From positions 1 to 55,411 of the IMG/VR virus record IMGVR_UViG_3300021197_001537: a DNA stretch of 55,411 nt; one strand, 5' to 3'. Both the position numbers and the translations under genes were made by a program. The stretch is from a virus. Its lineage: Duplodnaviria; Caudoviricetes. The notes under the pieces were generated by a model. It did no database searches. It was not told the DNA's origin and saw only the letters and a program-made list of their open reading frames with translations. Positions 18,801-28,786 of this stretch are shown here, in pieces (position 1 is the first letter of the stretch; each line of letters opens with the position of its first letter).

Positions 18801-21800
18801 AGCATGTATCAGGTTATTGATGATGACATCATTAATCTATTCGCTTCTATCGTAGAGTTCAATGACTTGATTGGTCAGCCAGTCAACAGATATCGAATGA
18901 ACTACAAGGCACTAGAGAAGTTTAGACAACTCTATTTCCAAAAGGTTCAAAACGTTCCAAGTCTTGAGAAATATGTTCACTTCTATAAGTGGCTTGACTC
19001 TTCAATTGGAATGATGATTGAACAGCTTATTCCTATTTCAAGCAATTTCTCCTCAACTCTTCGAACGATGGTCGAGAACCATACTTTAGAGAGAAACAAG
19101 TATTGGACAAAGTTTCCAACTCTTGAAATGAAACAGGACATCCCAGAGGGTCAGGTAAGAGGCATTCGGGAAATGCTTTATGATTGGGAGTCTGGCTCGG
19201 CACCAATAACAAAGGTTGCAGAGTTTGACGGAGCAGCGGACTTTATCAATGTTCCTGACGCTGATAGTTTATCCTTTGGAGATGGAACAACAGATTCCTC
19301 ATTCTCTATTGCAGCTTGGGTTTACATTCCAACGACGGTGAGTTCACCAGGGACTATCGTTTCCAAATATAACAGCTTCGCCTCAAACAGTGAATACTAC
19401 CTCCAGCACGACCCGTTTAATCAATTAACACTTGTTATGATTGACACATCGGCTGCGGTTTCCATTTCAGCCTTTAAAACAGGTGCGTTCACCCTTGGCA
19501 AGTGGCAACACCTTGTTGTAACCTTTGATTCAACCGAGGCTGACCCTGAAGATGGAATTGAAATGTACATCGACGGCACCCTTCAGTCGCTGGACAACCG
19601 AATTGGAAATGTCGCCTATGTAGCGATGGAAAATGGAACAGCCCCAGTAAGAATCGGAACTCTTGCAACAACTACGGACCCTTTCGAGGGCAAGATGTCT
19701 AATCTGGCATTCTTCAATAGAGACTTAACACAAACAGAAGTGACTGACCTCTATAATGGCGGAATAGTTCTTGACTTAGTAGAGCATTCTGCTTATAATG
19801 ATGTTATTTCTTGGTGGAAGTTCGGAGAAGGCGACACAGCAGGAGCAGATAAGGTTATCGACCAAAAGGGTTCAAACAACGGAACCCTAAATGGTGACAC
19901 GGCAATCGTAAGAGACCTTGCCCTACCTTCAGGCGATGCTTGCTTGTGGAACGATGAAAGAGTAGAAAGAACTGACCCAGGTGTCACTTCGGGAGTTTCT
20001 ACGGTCGATGATGACCGAGAGACAATTAGAAACGTTGCTGTTAGAGATATTAAAGGTCAGACAAAGGTTGTCAAGAGAGGAAGTGTTTTCGTAGAAGAAG
20101 CTTCGCCAATCTTATATGACCACACAACAACCACTTCCTATGAGGGCAGCACTTATGCTGTTAGAAGATTGTCAAAGCCTTATAAGTTTGGAGTTGACAA
20201 AGCTTTAACTATTCGAGGCGGAGCAAACTACGCAGAGATAACAAAAGACCCGAATGAGTTTATTAGAGCGTCAACAACTATCACGACTGGAACTTCAGGA
20301 ATTGAGTTAAATGGTGTTGAACCTAACCCAGAAACTTGCTATGATAAGGGTGATAAAGAAAAATTTAGAAGAGCACACAAGATTACGCTCACGAACTCTG
20401 TAACGAGCACACAAGAGAGTTTAAAGGGCTCACAGGGGATGTTTCCACGCTATGGAGAGACACCAACTGGCGGTGCTGCTGAGTTAACAAACATCCATAA
20501 TGACTCTTACGGCGACGACGCAGAGATTCCTATTCAAGGTCCGTTTACCAATCAATGGGTAGGTGGTAATCAGCACCGTCACGTTTATCTTGCAACACCA
20601 GCCGCTGACAGACCAGAGCTTTACTTAAATGTTGCGGATACTCTTCGCCACCCACACGAAGTAGACCCAAACAATCCATCTGCTCGTTACACGAGAGATG
20701 AGTTGGCAAAGAGACCATTGAATATCGAGAACATTAAGTTCGAAGAAGGTGAGCCTGGACCTCTTGGTAATTATTCAAGAGTTTATCAAGTTGTTCAAAC
20801 ATCAGGAAGAACTCAGAACAATAGATTCTTGGTTAGAAACCCAGATTACTCGATTGTTAAGCAAGCCTCTTCTGCTATTACAGACGCTTTCGATTTCACT
20901 CTTCCAAATAGGGATGAGAATGCTGACGCAACGACCTTCGGAAGAACAGAGCACGTTTTCGTAGAAAGATTCTCTGCACCTGGTGACCCTCTTACAGTTC
21001 CAAGAGGTCAGATGGACGTAGAAGCAGAAGAATTCAGTTCCTACAATTCGTTGAACTTTAGAAACCTTACTGTAAGAACTCACTTAAACTTCTGGCAAAC
21101 ACAACACAGTGCAGTCCAAAGTGGCTCACAGGGCTATAGGTTGATGGAAGGCTTCAACACTGGCTTGGACGGCGTAGCAGCTTATCAGAAGAACAATAGA
21201 AACCCTTCAGTAAGAATGAGTTTGAAAATTCAGGATGACCCTTCGAACCACTCTGGCTCTTATGGTTGCATAACAAACTATGACAACTTCTTTATTGGTC
21301 ATCAATTGCCAAGGTCAGATTTTCAATATGCTTGGGTTACAGCTTCTGCTTTACCAGACTCTTCGGTTATTGATTGCGATAACTTGGCAACAGTTTATCC
21401 AAGACTCGGCGGTTATGTTTCTGGCTATTCAAACGCTTCAATAGACATCACTTTCGTTTCTCAAAGTTATAACCCCTTGGTTACAAAGACTTTATCAATT
21501 GAAAGTGGTCTCGTCGAACCATCTGGTAGCGTTATGCCCTTATCTGGGTCTGGAGACTACACACCAAACGACCTTTTTCTAGATAGAAATGGACCTTATC
21601 AGGGGGCAAGCTGGAAGTTATTCCGTGGTCAGGACAGACCATTAGTTATAGAACAAAGAAGACAAAACACCATTTCAGTTATTAGTCGCTCTGACGAAAA
21701 CACTTTTGAAAACTACGTTGAACCTGTTGTTACTTGGAATCTTCAAACGAGAGGTTCCATAGGAGAGCTTACACAAGTAGATGCTTATTCACCAGGAATA

Positions 21801-24800
21801 ATTCTTACCGACTATACTGCATCTTATTCAAATAATTTAGAGTTCTTTGCAAATCCAAATTTAAGAGAAAGAGTTTCTGTAGTTAAAGACCCTGTTCAGT
21901 TCTATGACCAGGTGATGTCAGAGTTGCGTAATGTAGATTCAAACTTGGGCTACAAAGAATTTATTTACAGTGAAATTGTTTATCCAAAGCATAGAAATGT
22001 TGGCTTGACAAAGATTCGTGAGCGAGCAAAGCTGGACGATTATAACGTCTTTTGGAAAGATAAGTTCCTTGATAGAATTAGAAAAGATTCAAACCCGAAC
22101 AAGCTTGGTTGGGCGACAATTGAAGAGAAGAAAAACTTCTTAAAACAGAAGAACTCGAACTTCTCAATGGATAATTTCTATTATTCACAAACCCTCGGTG
22201 GAGTTGAGACAGTTTATAACGTTATTGGCGATTTATCTTATGTTGGAGAACAGAGATACTTCGATTGGATAAAGAGTAGAAAACACTCAACATTACCTGA
22301 TTCAGCGTTAACAACAACGACATCAGGTCTCGAAAGTCTCCCAGCGGCAGAGCCAGCGACGGAAACGGTTGTAAGATATAGCTCGGACGCTATAAAAGAG
22401 ACACAGGTCGCACCAACACCTGCGGCTCAACTCTATTACAATCCTCTCAATGGAGGCAGTCGTGAATCAGGCTGGATTAGCAGAACATCAGAATTGTCTG
22501 ACAATTCGCCTGCTTATAACGATTATGATTCTTACAACTTAGAACTTCGTTCCATAGGTCAGAACTATGGAATCTTATCAGAGTTCAGAATTTCACAACA
22601 CATGGATAAGTATGTTAATGAACAAGGCGGAGACTTTAGAGCAAAGAATTATAATTTCTTATCTCTAGACGGCGCATCCTATGACGCCAACCGCCATGAA
22701 GGAAAAACTCACACTCAATTCAGCGGAAAGACTGTCACCACAAAGGACGAGACAGTTTATTCTTTAAGTGGTTTTGAAAATGAGCGTGTGACAATAGGAG
22801 CCTACCCTTCAGCCTTCAGTGATGTCACTAATGTGATAAACAATGCAGCTAAGGTTTATGCAGATTTTAACCCAATAAAGGCTTCAGAAACATTTACTTT
22901 AGAAAACAGCATCTTAACTGGCAGAAAGATTGGACCAACCTATGCACTTGGTCGTGAACCTGTCTTTCCATATATGTCTGGTTATAACGCAGCGGCTAAA
23001 TTTAACTTAAGTTCTACATCAGATGATTTCTTAGCAGTTAGGCTAAATAAAGTCTCTCAGACTAGCGACAACCAGTTTCTTAAATTGAGTGAAAAGGCTT
23101 TCACATTCTCCATTTGGGCTCAACCAGACTCTTCACTACAGAACAGCAGGGATAATTCAGCCATTGCGACCCTCGGAAACAAGGGTTCTCGCCTCGCTGG
23201 AAATTATGAGAGTATTGTTTTGATGTCAAGATTTAAGCACCCAAACGGTGTAAAATCAGAGGTTCACAGTTCAGACCAACTTGGCTTGACAGTTGTCTTT
23301 TCAGACTCGAAAGATGTGGTCAATGGAGAATTCAATAAGATTCTCACTACAAGCTCGGTCTATTGTTTCTTCAATAGCGACGGAACACCAGCATTTTTGA
23401 AACCAGATGAATTCAACCACGTAGCATTTCAACTTGTTCCGTTCTTGAATGCAACAAGACCAATGATGATAAAGATGTGGCTCAATGGTGTGGAAGTTTA
23501 TGGCGTTCATGCAAAGGCGATTGACACATCACAAGTCGCAGATATCTACGGCTACTCGCCTTGCCCAGTAGGTAAGTTTCCAACTGCAAGTTATCCTTGG
23601 GGTGAAAATCTTGACACTGATTTGAATCTCGAAAGTCGTATCATTGACAGATACGCTTTAGGCTGCGGTAGTTTCTCGCACTCTCTTGGGAATAAATTAG
23701 AGGCAAATGAAAGAATGTCATTTAGTGGTCTGCTCGACGAGCACTCTTTATGGACAGGCATTTTATCAGAAGCAAGCTTGGACAGGCTCTATAATAATGG
23801 AATTCCAGGGAACATCTTAGAGGATAAAGAGAACTCTGACATCTTCGCTGGCTACACATCCGCTACTACAAAGTGGGACATCAACTATTCTACAAACGGA
23901 ATCACTATAGATGACACGGGGACATCGGTAACGAATCCAAACCTAGCTTTCGAATATAGTTTAGTCCAGACCCAAGCAAACTTCGACCTTCCTGTTTGGC
24001 ACCGAATCGGTGTTCCTTATGTAGAGAAGACCGAGACTTGTGATGGTTGGGATGATGAGTTCTTCAACTCTTACGTCCACACTGACAACGTTAAGTTCTT
24101 GGAAAAGGTTGTCGATGACCACGAGGCACTTGGTAGAAAGCCTCGGTTAAGAGTAAACTTAAAAGTAAGTGCTATAAAGAAGCTTCTTCCTTATGAAGGA
24201 TTTTATCCACAAGATAGAACAGTCCAAATAGCAAGCTTATTTTCAGACAAGATTAGCAAGATTTCAGACGAGTCTAGTACCTTCTTCAAAGAACAGCAGG
24301 TTCAGACTGCGTTACAACACTTTTTTGCACCAGGAATTCTTTATAATTCTATAAAAGCGGGATTATCTGTAGACTGGGCATCATTTACTGATAAAACAGG
24401 TCTTGAGCAGAACTTCGTCGATGATAATAGAACTGTAATTGGCTCAGGTTCATTTGATTTCGCCACTTATGCTCCAAACTGGTATGCACCTCGAACAGAT
24501 AGGAACGATGTCAATGAAGCACTTGGAAACAAGCCTGGTGATTTTGCAGATTCAAACTTAGCAAAAAGCCAACCTTCCTTCAAGCAAGGTCTTCAGGGTA
24601 ATGGTTTCGTAATTCTACAAGAACCAGACACAAGACTTCCGTTTGAAGCACTCCTTAATCCAAGAGACTATTTGTCAAGAACTTCTCGTGCCGTCAATCT
24701 TGAAGGGCAGATTTTCCACCACAGTGACCTTGAGATTTTTGATTGGAATGCCGAAGGCACTTTCCTGACTATTAGTCACGTAGAAGAAGGTTCAAATGGA

Positions 24801-27722
24801 AGCCCAGAGGTGAAAACAACTAGAGTTTCAATTGGAGACCCGAATGTTCCAGTTAATGAGGGAATAGATTGGGACGTCAAGGTTGACTTCAGGAGAACCC
24901 CAGAGGGGCTTTCCATCGCAAGAAGAAATTCTACAACGGGAGAGGTAGAAAGGACTTCTGCGAACCAGTTTAGCACGAGCCAATCGGAGATTACTTCAGC
25001 TAGATTGAATGAAGAAATTGCAGTAAAGCTCTGTAGAGCAATAAATAAAAATCAAGAATTGTCAGTAATCGCCATTCCAGGCACCACACCAAATTATACA
25101 TTTGGACAATCTCGCTCCGATGATATAATTGGGTCAGACGATAAAATAGCGCAAATATTTGAAGAGACTTATAAAGGAGGACTGCCACAGCTTTTTGAAG
25201 GAGCCAATCTAGGAATTCAAACCAACGGAAGTTGGAAGATTAGATTATTTTATGTAGGACCAGATTCCCTCCCTAGCCTCCCTAGCGAAGAAGGAGAAGA
25301 AGCGTTTCGTAATAAAGAAGAAGAAATGGACTCCATGAGTTTTACTGGCGGTTCGGAGAAATTCAAGAACTCTGGAAAGACTTACGGAGAATTAACGACA
25401 ATCCAATCCACAAGGGTCATGGGCGTCTTAAATTCAACCAATTCCTTCGACGGAAACACTATGATTGGCTGGTCGAATTACTCGATTGCCTCGGAACTCG
25501 GATTAAAGATTCTTAACAGTAACGGCAACATTGACTTTTCTTCAATTTCCAGTTCAAACACAGGTTCTGGTTTCTTGGATGCCACAATCTTTGGAATGAC
25601 GACAGAACTAAGGCAAGGAGAGCAAGGTCAAGTTGTTCAGTCCGATAGGGCAACGACGCAAGGACCAATATCTTTCTATAACCCTGTTGAGAGGGAAAGA
25701 GACCAGGTAGAAAAGAATCCATTCAAATTTTACCTAATGACGCCAGAATATTATAGCCTAAAATCTAAGTTGTATGGTGAGGAGTTGGAGCAGTTCTCTT
25801 ACCCATCTTTCGAATGGTCAGATGAGAGCAGTAGTGATATTAGATATGAGTTGGCGATAAATAACTTCTTAGCAGAAGTTCCTAAGTTCTTCCTGAAGAA
25901 TCAAGGTCTTACAACTATAGCTTCAAAGCCAGAGAACGAGTTCAAGGCAATGACTGCTGGTAAGACCTATTACATGGACGTAAGTGTTCAGAAGACAAGA
26001 GGATTTGAGATTGCACTATCACCAACCTCGTCAGAGGGTCGATATTTCGGACCTTCATTCAAGTGGAAGAAATTGTCCGACTATAGTGAACCGAAAGACC
26101 TTGTTGCTGGTCCAGCCCAAGCACCCTATGTTCCACCTTATCTACACGGCAAATCGACAACAAGAATGTCATTTGTTCCTAGTGAGAGTAGAACTTACAC
26201 GCTAGAAGAGATTCTTTCTGGATTGTCAACGGAGGACATCACAGAAGAGCAGCACAACTACTTTGAATCACAAGCGTCAGGCTCCTACTTCGAGGACACG
26301 CCAGCCTGGAAGTCAAGAATGACCGTTAGGTCGTCGTTCAATCTTACTGGTAAGGCGAGGGTTAAAAAGACAAACTTTGATACATCTGTCAGTGTCGCAA
26401 AACCTCTTTCAGAGAATCAAAGTCAAGCTGTTGTCACTTCAGCGGTAGAATCAGAAGGAACTGCTTATGACACTTGGGTAATTTCACCAAAGTTCGAATG
26501 TCCAGTTCTTAATTTTAATAATGCTGAAAATGGTGTTACAAGAGTTGTTAGACAAGATGCAGGTGTCTACGAGATAAAGCAAGAGGAGACCTTGAACTAT
26601 GAAGGTGCTGCCACATCTGTTAACTACAAAGTCTCAAACGACAAATCCGCCGTCTCCACCGATGGCACCCCTTCTTATGAGAGCGGCACTGGAACCTGGG
26701 CTGGCTATGGCTCAATCCCACAGCAGTCAGAAGGCATTTTCGTTTCAATCGAGGAGAGTTTTTCAAACCCAGGGAATTCAAATAGAACTGCTGGCTCATT
26801 AATCGACGTGTGCGGATTCACTGCCACGCAGGAAAAGATTGGTGACATCGCAGAATCCAGAGAAATTTCAGAGGCGATTGTAATGATACCGTTCCTTGAT
26901 AGGGGAGACGCACCACTCTCGCAATATATAAGAGAAGGTTCAAGATTTAATAGCAACGTCTCTAGCTTACCTATCAACACGGCTTCTGCGACTTCGACTA
27001 ACGGAAGAACAATCGCCCCTGTCCGAATCGACCCCACTCCGCCTATTAGAGAAACAGAAGGGCAGCAAGTAAGAACAACAAAGGTTGACGGAAGAAATTT
27101 TATTTCAATAACTAAGGAGAACTTTTTAGCTCAAAAGAGCAACATTGAAAATGGCTTACCAGCAATCACATCGACGGAGAGAGCAGACTTGGGTGAGCCA
27201 AAGCAAGAGACTACAATCTCAAGAATGATTAAGATGATGAAGAAATATAACCTTCCACCTCGTTATGATTTTATCACCTATCCTATGTCAGCAGGCGAAA
27301 ATCCTTTTGTAATGTATTTCTTTGAGTTCACACAGACCCTTGGAAAACAAGACCTTGCTGACATTTGGCAAGGCGTTAAGCCAGAGATAGCTAATAAAGC
27401 TGTTAGACAAGAAAAACAAATCATTCATGACTTAGGACCAAGCGAGTTCTTTGAAGGAAATGAAATTCCATCAGATATCCGCTGGATGGTTTTTAAAGTG
27501 AAGAGGAAGGCAAGTGCTGACTACTTCGAAATGGCAAAAGATTCCAGAGAAGACTCAAGATTTAAGTTTGACTTCAAGGTCGGAAAAAAGAAGCCAGAAT
27601 ATAGTTATAACTATCCTTATGACTTTTTCAGTTTAATCGAGATGGCGAAGATTGAGTCAGGAATTGAGATAGAGACTGACCCAGAGGACTTAGTTAAGGA
27701 TAATAACAGGAACCAGGAATAG
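15837..27722 (+). CDS. Giant (3961 aa) baseplate wedge gp7-like protein with multiple LamG/concanavalin-like domains
   Basis: YKSKGAEKAFRNLIRCFG motif (gp7/P2 gpI-like); LamG hallmarks near 16330-16960, 17760-18400, 19212-19914 and 23000-23830 (FSIAAWV, WQHLVVTFD, IDE-type strand, L-x3-EV-x2-LYN). Confidence 0.75.
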   Translation: MSVKNLFNKRLNNKVVTKTQADNLTNDIESAELVSDVVKSENTLIPHVDFSDPKNFSRYGSAEKYYEDSFARVYKTFPYDGSTSEIQKWQNESSYLDRWIFDNAYPKSTGYVKLGTNQSVTAKGGPNNQPGVTEGEAEELSKQFPVKSGNSNIWDTSIYRNSNLYIDGALGNTVEFWAKLESTFSGSFVTFNVGNEAQSIIMSVRFRTTDGLLTLVYRDDTASGLSTTTNIVDLITTTWSHLAFSFVNEGGQVKVEVYKNGTRVHTQATGTAIGSVTQVDSKLNINGTSTGTLSADGFYVDEFRFWKQRRTEEQIGRHWFTQVTGGTNTDNNKYSEESNIVDLGIYYKFNEGITTDDSIDATVLDYSGRISNGTIANYSSTVRNTGSAINESGLVDADDYELPDPIVYSTHPSYVSALEEYKLLGQTHDYTNNASIYHTMPAWILEEDDVNGQNIKELTQVISSHFDDTHLRISELTNLKNNEYYSLEEESDKPFFFVNRALESTGLIVPDLFVEATAFEEILSRGEQELFDEKIQDIKNVIYQNIYNNVSYIYKSKGAEKAFRNLIRCFGVDDELIKINLYSDNSDYTLEDTRRTTAIKKNVVDFNDPDRNDALVYSNEVAARAETSSFIPGVPSAKSNLISLTFEAEAIFPKRLSVEHPNYVSPTGLEKQIAMLGEADSLASGDAVYQASINPIFSIYAKKDDATSENIKFALSSTLLGADIETDATYKETYDNSKWNFAVRLSPIKEIGDTVLGGATSDYNLEFYGVKMLADEVEEEFTKTTVITSSNARAAMELAKFVSVGALKTDADPTNATTVRDTDIKVSSVRFWYDYLSDAEIKGHASDASNFGRLNPNADAYAFVTSLSSGLTTDIRVPRKDTLALFWDFSNVTAADSSGEFIVEDLSDRITDGRYGWFTDLLDKQITGRGRRFLADDKQVVNKEFLYSAKHRTPEVLNSEDLIEIRTQDDDKFTRESRPITHFFAAEKSMYQVIDDDIINLFASIVEFNDLIGQPVNRYRMNYKALEKFRQLYFQKVQNVPSLEKYVHFYKWLDSSIGMMIEQLIPISSNFSSTLRTMVENHTLERNKYWTKFPTLEMKQDIPEGQVRGIREMLYDWESGSAPITKVAEFDGAADFINVPDADSLSFGDGTTDSSFSIAAWVYIPTTVSSPGTIVSKYNSFASNSEYYLQHDPFNQLTLVMIDTSAAVSISAFKTGAFTLGKWQHLVVTFDSTEADPEDGIEMYIDGTLQSLDNRIGNVAYVAMENGTAPVRIGTLATTTDPFEGKMSNLAFFNRDLTQTEVTDLYNGGIVLDLVEHSAYNDVISWWKFGEGDTAGADKVIDQKGSNNGTLNGDTAIVRDLALPSGDACLWNDERVERTDPGVTSGVSTVDDDRETIRNVAVRDIKGQTKVVKRGSVFVEEASPILYDHTTTTSYEGSTYAVRRLSKPYKFGVDKALTIRGGANYAEITKDPNEFIRASTTITTGTSGIELNGVEPNPETCYDKGDKEKFRRAHKITLTNSVTSTQESLKGSQGMFPRYGETPTGGAAELTNIHNDSYGDDAEIPIQGPFTNQWVGGNQHRHVYLATPAADRPELYLNVADTLRHPHEVDPNNPSARYTRDELAKRPLNIENIKFEEGEPGPLGNYSRVYQVVQTSGRTQNNRFLVRNPDYSIVKQASSAITDAFDFTLPNRDENADATTFGRTEHVFVERFSAPGDPLTVPRGQMDVEAEEFSSYNSLNFRNLTVRTHLNFWQTQHSAVQSGSQGYRLMEGFNTGLDGVAAYQKNNRNPSVRMSLKIQDDPSNHSGSYGCITNYDNFFIGHQLPRSDFQYAWVTASALPDSSVIDCDNLATVYPRLGGYVSGYSNASIDITFVSQSYNPLVTKTLSIESGLVEPSGSVMPLSGSGDYTPNDLFLDRNGPYQGASWKLFRGQDRPLVIEQRRQNTISVISRSDENTFENYVEPVVTWNLQTRGSIGELTQVDAYSPGIILTDYTASYSNNLEFFANPNLRERVSVVKDPVQFYDQVMSELRNVDSNLGYKEFIYSEIVYPKHRNVGLTKIRERAKLDDYNVFWKDKFLDRIRKDSNPNKLGWATIEEKKNFLKQKNSNFSMDNFYYSQTLGGVETVYNVIGDLSYVGEQRYFDWIKSRKHSTLPDSALTTTTSGLESLPAAEPATETVVRYSSDAIKETQVAPTPAAQLYYNPLNGGSRESGWISRTSELSDNSPAYNDYDSYNLELRSIGQNYGILSEFRISQHMDKYVNEQGGDFRAKNYNFLSLDGASYDANRHEGKTHTQFSGKTVTTKDETVYSLSGFENERVTIGAYPSAFSDVTNVINNAAKVYADFNPIKASETFTLENSILTGRKIGPTYALGREPVFPYMSGYNAAAKFNLSSTSDDFLAVRLNKVSQTSDNQFLKLSEKAFTFSIWAQPDSSLQNSRDNSAIATLGNKGSRLAGNYESIVLMSRFKHPNGVKSEVHSSDQLGLTVVFSDSKDVVNGEFNKILTTSSVYCFFNSDGTPAFLKPDEFNHVAFQLVPFLNATRPMMIKMWLNGVEVYGVHAKAIDTSQVADIYGYSPCPVGKFPTASYPWGENLDTDLNLESRIIDRYALGCGSFSHSLGNKLEANERMSFSGLLDEHSLWTGILSEASLDRLYNNGIPGNILEDKENSDIFAGYTSATTKWDINYSTNGITIDDTGTSVTNPNLAFEYSLVQTQANFDLPVWHRIGVPYVEKTETCDGWDDEFFNSYVHTDNVKFLEKVVDDHEALGRKPRLRVNLKVSAIKKLLPYEGFYPQDRTVQIASLFSDKISKISDESSTFFKEQQVQTALQHFFAPGILYNSIKAGLSVDWASFTDKTGLEQNFVDDNRTVIGSGSFDFATYAPNWYAPRTDRNDVNEALGNKPGDFADSNLAKSQPSFKQGLQGNGFVILQEPDTRLPFEALLNPRDYLSRTSRAVNLEGQIFHHSDLEIFDWNAEGTFLTISHVEEGSNGSPEVKTTRVSIGDPNVPVNEGIDWDVKVDFRRTPEGLSIARRNSTTGEVERTSANQFSTSQSEITSARLNEEIAVKLCRAINKNQELSVIAIPGTTPNYTFGQSRSDDIIGSDDKIAQIFEETYKGGLPQLFEGANLGIQTNGSWKIRLFYVGPDSLPSLPSEEGEEAFRNKEEEMDSMSFTGGSEKFKNSGKTYGELTTIQSTRVMGVLNSTNSFDGNTMIGWSNYSIASELGLKILNSNGNIDFSSISSSNTGSGFLDATIFGMTTELRQGEQGQVVQSDRATTQGPISFYNPVERERDQVEKNPFKFYLMTPEYYSLKSKLYGEELEQFSYPSFEWSDESSSDIRYELAINNFLAEVPKFFLKNQGLTTIASKPENEFKAMTAGKTYYMDVSVQKTRGFEIALSPTSSEGRYFGPSFKWKKLSDYSEPKDLVAGPAQAPYVPPYLHGKSTTRMSFVPSESRTYTLEEILSGLSTEDITEEQHNYFESQASGSYFEDTPAWKSRMTVRSSFNLTGKARVKKTNFDTSVSVAKPLSENQSQAVVTSAVESEGTAYDTWVISPKFECPVLNFNNAENGVTRVVRQDAGVYEIKQEETLNYEGAATSVNYKVSNDKSAVSTDGTPSYESGTGTWAGYGSIPQQSEGIFVSIEESFSNPGNSNRTAGSLIDVCGFTATQEKIGDIAESREISEAIVMIPFLDRGDAPLSQYIREGSRFNSNVSSLPINTASATSTNGRTIAPVRIDPTPPIRETEGQQVRTTKVDGRNFISITKENFLAQKSNIENGLPAITSTERADLGEPKQETTISRMIKMMKKYNLPPRYDFITYPMSAGENPFVMYFFEFTQTLGKQDLADIWQGVKPEIANKAVRQEKQIIHDLGPSEFFEGNEIPSDIRWMVFKVKRKASADYFEMAKDSREDSRFKFDFKVGKKKPEYSYNYPYDFFSLIEMAKIESGIEIETDPEDLVKDNNRNQE

Positions 27723-27727
27723 AAGAG

Positions 27728-28786
27728 ATGGCATTTAAAGACAAAAAAGAAGAAGTTTTAGAAATTGAGCTTACGGCATTTGGAAAGCACCTATTGTCGA
27801 AGGGTAAATTCAAACCAGTCTATTATTCATTCTTCGATGATGACATTGTTTATGACTGGAAATACTCTGGTGATTCTCAAGAAGAGCAGAACTATGCTGA
27901 GACTAGAATCTTGGAAGAAACTCCTACAAATGAAGTTCAGGTTTCATTCTCATCTGCTGAAAAAAGAGTTTATAAACAGGTAGAATTAGTTCGAACTGGC
28001 AACAAGGAATTGAAAGAGTCATTTCAAGCAACACCAGAAAGGCACTATTCACTTTCAGCCCCACTTGGCAAGTCTTCGGTTTTAAACGACTATTTTCCAG
28101 CTTGGCAGATAAATCTTTATGGCTCACAGATAGCATCAGACACAACTGTAGACCAAGGCGACCAGCCAACATTGCAGATTCCTCAAATCAATGTCGATAA
28201 GATAATGTATAAGACGACGATAGGTGAATCTCTCTTGTCAAAGGGAAATTCAGACTTTACGCAAGGTTCAGATGGTAGTCTCGACGAGGTTGAACCAACA
28301 GTTCTTGACTTCTATGAGGATAACCAAGAGTTCGTCAAACAGAGTGGTCTTGATGTAGTGGTAAAGGTCGACCCACAATATTTTGTCCTAGAAGTCGACG
28401 AGGCAAATACAGAACCACTCACGGAAAACTTTGATGTAGAGGTTTTCATCGTCGAGGAAGAGCTTGTCGAAGGAAATACTGTTGAGACATTAATTCCCTT
28501 GAACTTTATAAAGAAGCATGATAACATAAAGGACGGCATTCTTCTCGATGAAATTGAAGAAGAATTAAACGTTGAAGACATCGACGAAACTTATGTAGAA
28601 TATTACTTTGACATTTTTAGGGATAAAGAGATTGAAAAGGATTTATTATGCGAATTGGGCTACAGAACAGATTTCAGCAAGAGAGGCTATCTCAAAGTTG
28701 AATGTCCTGAGACAAAAGACACTGTTGTCGGAGAGGTTGATATCTACGAGACAACTGTTGAAGACCCGTTTGGAGATGACTGTTAA
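27728..28786 (+). CDS. Putative tail/baseplate protein, N-terminus paralogous to 34584..35522
   Basis: VLEIELTAFGKHLLSKGKFKPVYYSFFDDDIVYD resembles IILDAVLTDTGRMRLAKG...KFALSDDEIDY. Confidence 0.6.
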   Translation: MAFKDKKEEVLEIELTAFGKHLLSKGKFKPVYYSFFDDDIVYDWKYSGDSQEEQNYAETRILEETPTNEVQVSFSSAEKRVYKQVELVRTGNKELKESFQATPERHYSLSAPLGKSSVLNDYFPAWQINLYGSQIASDTTVDQGDQPTLQIPQINVDKIMYKTTIGESLLSKGNSDFTQGSDGSLDEVEPTVLDFYEDNQEFVKQSGLDVVVKVDPQYFVLEVDEANTEPLTENFDVEVFIVEEELVEGNTVETLIPLNFIKKHDNIKDGILLDEIEEELNVEDIDETYVEYYFDIFRDKEIEKDLLCELGYRTDFSKRGYLKVECPETKDTVVGEVDIYETTVEDPFGDDC

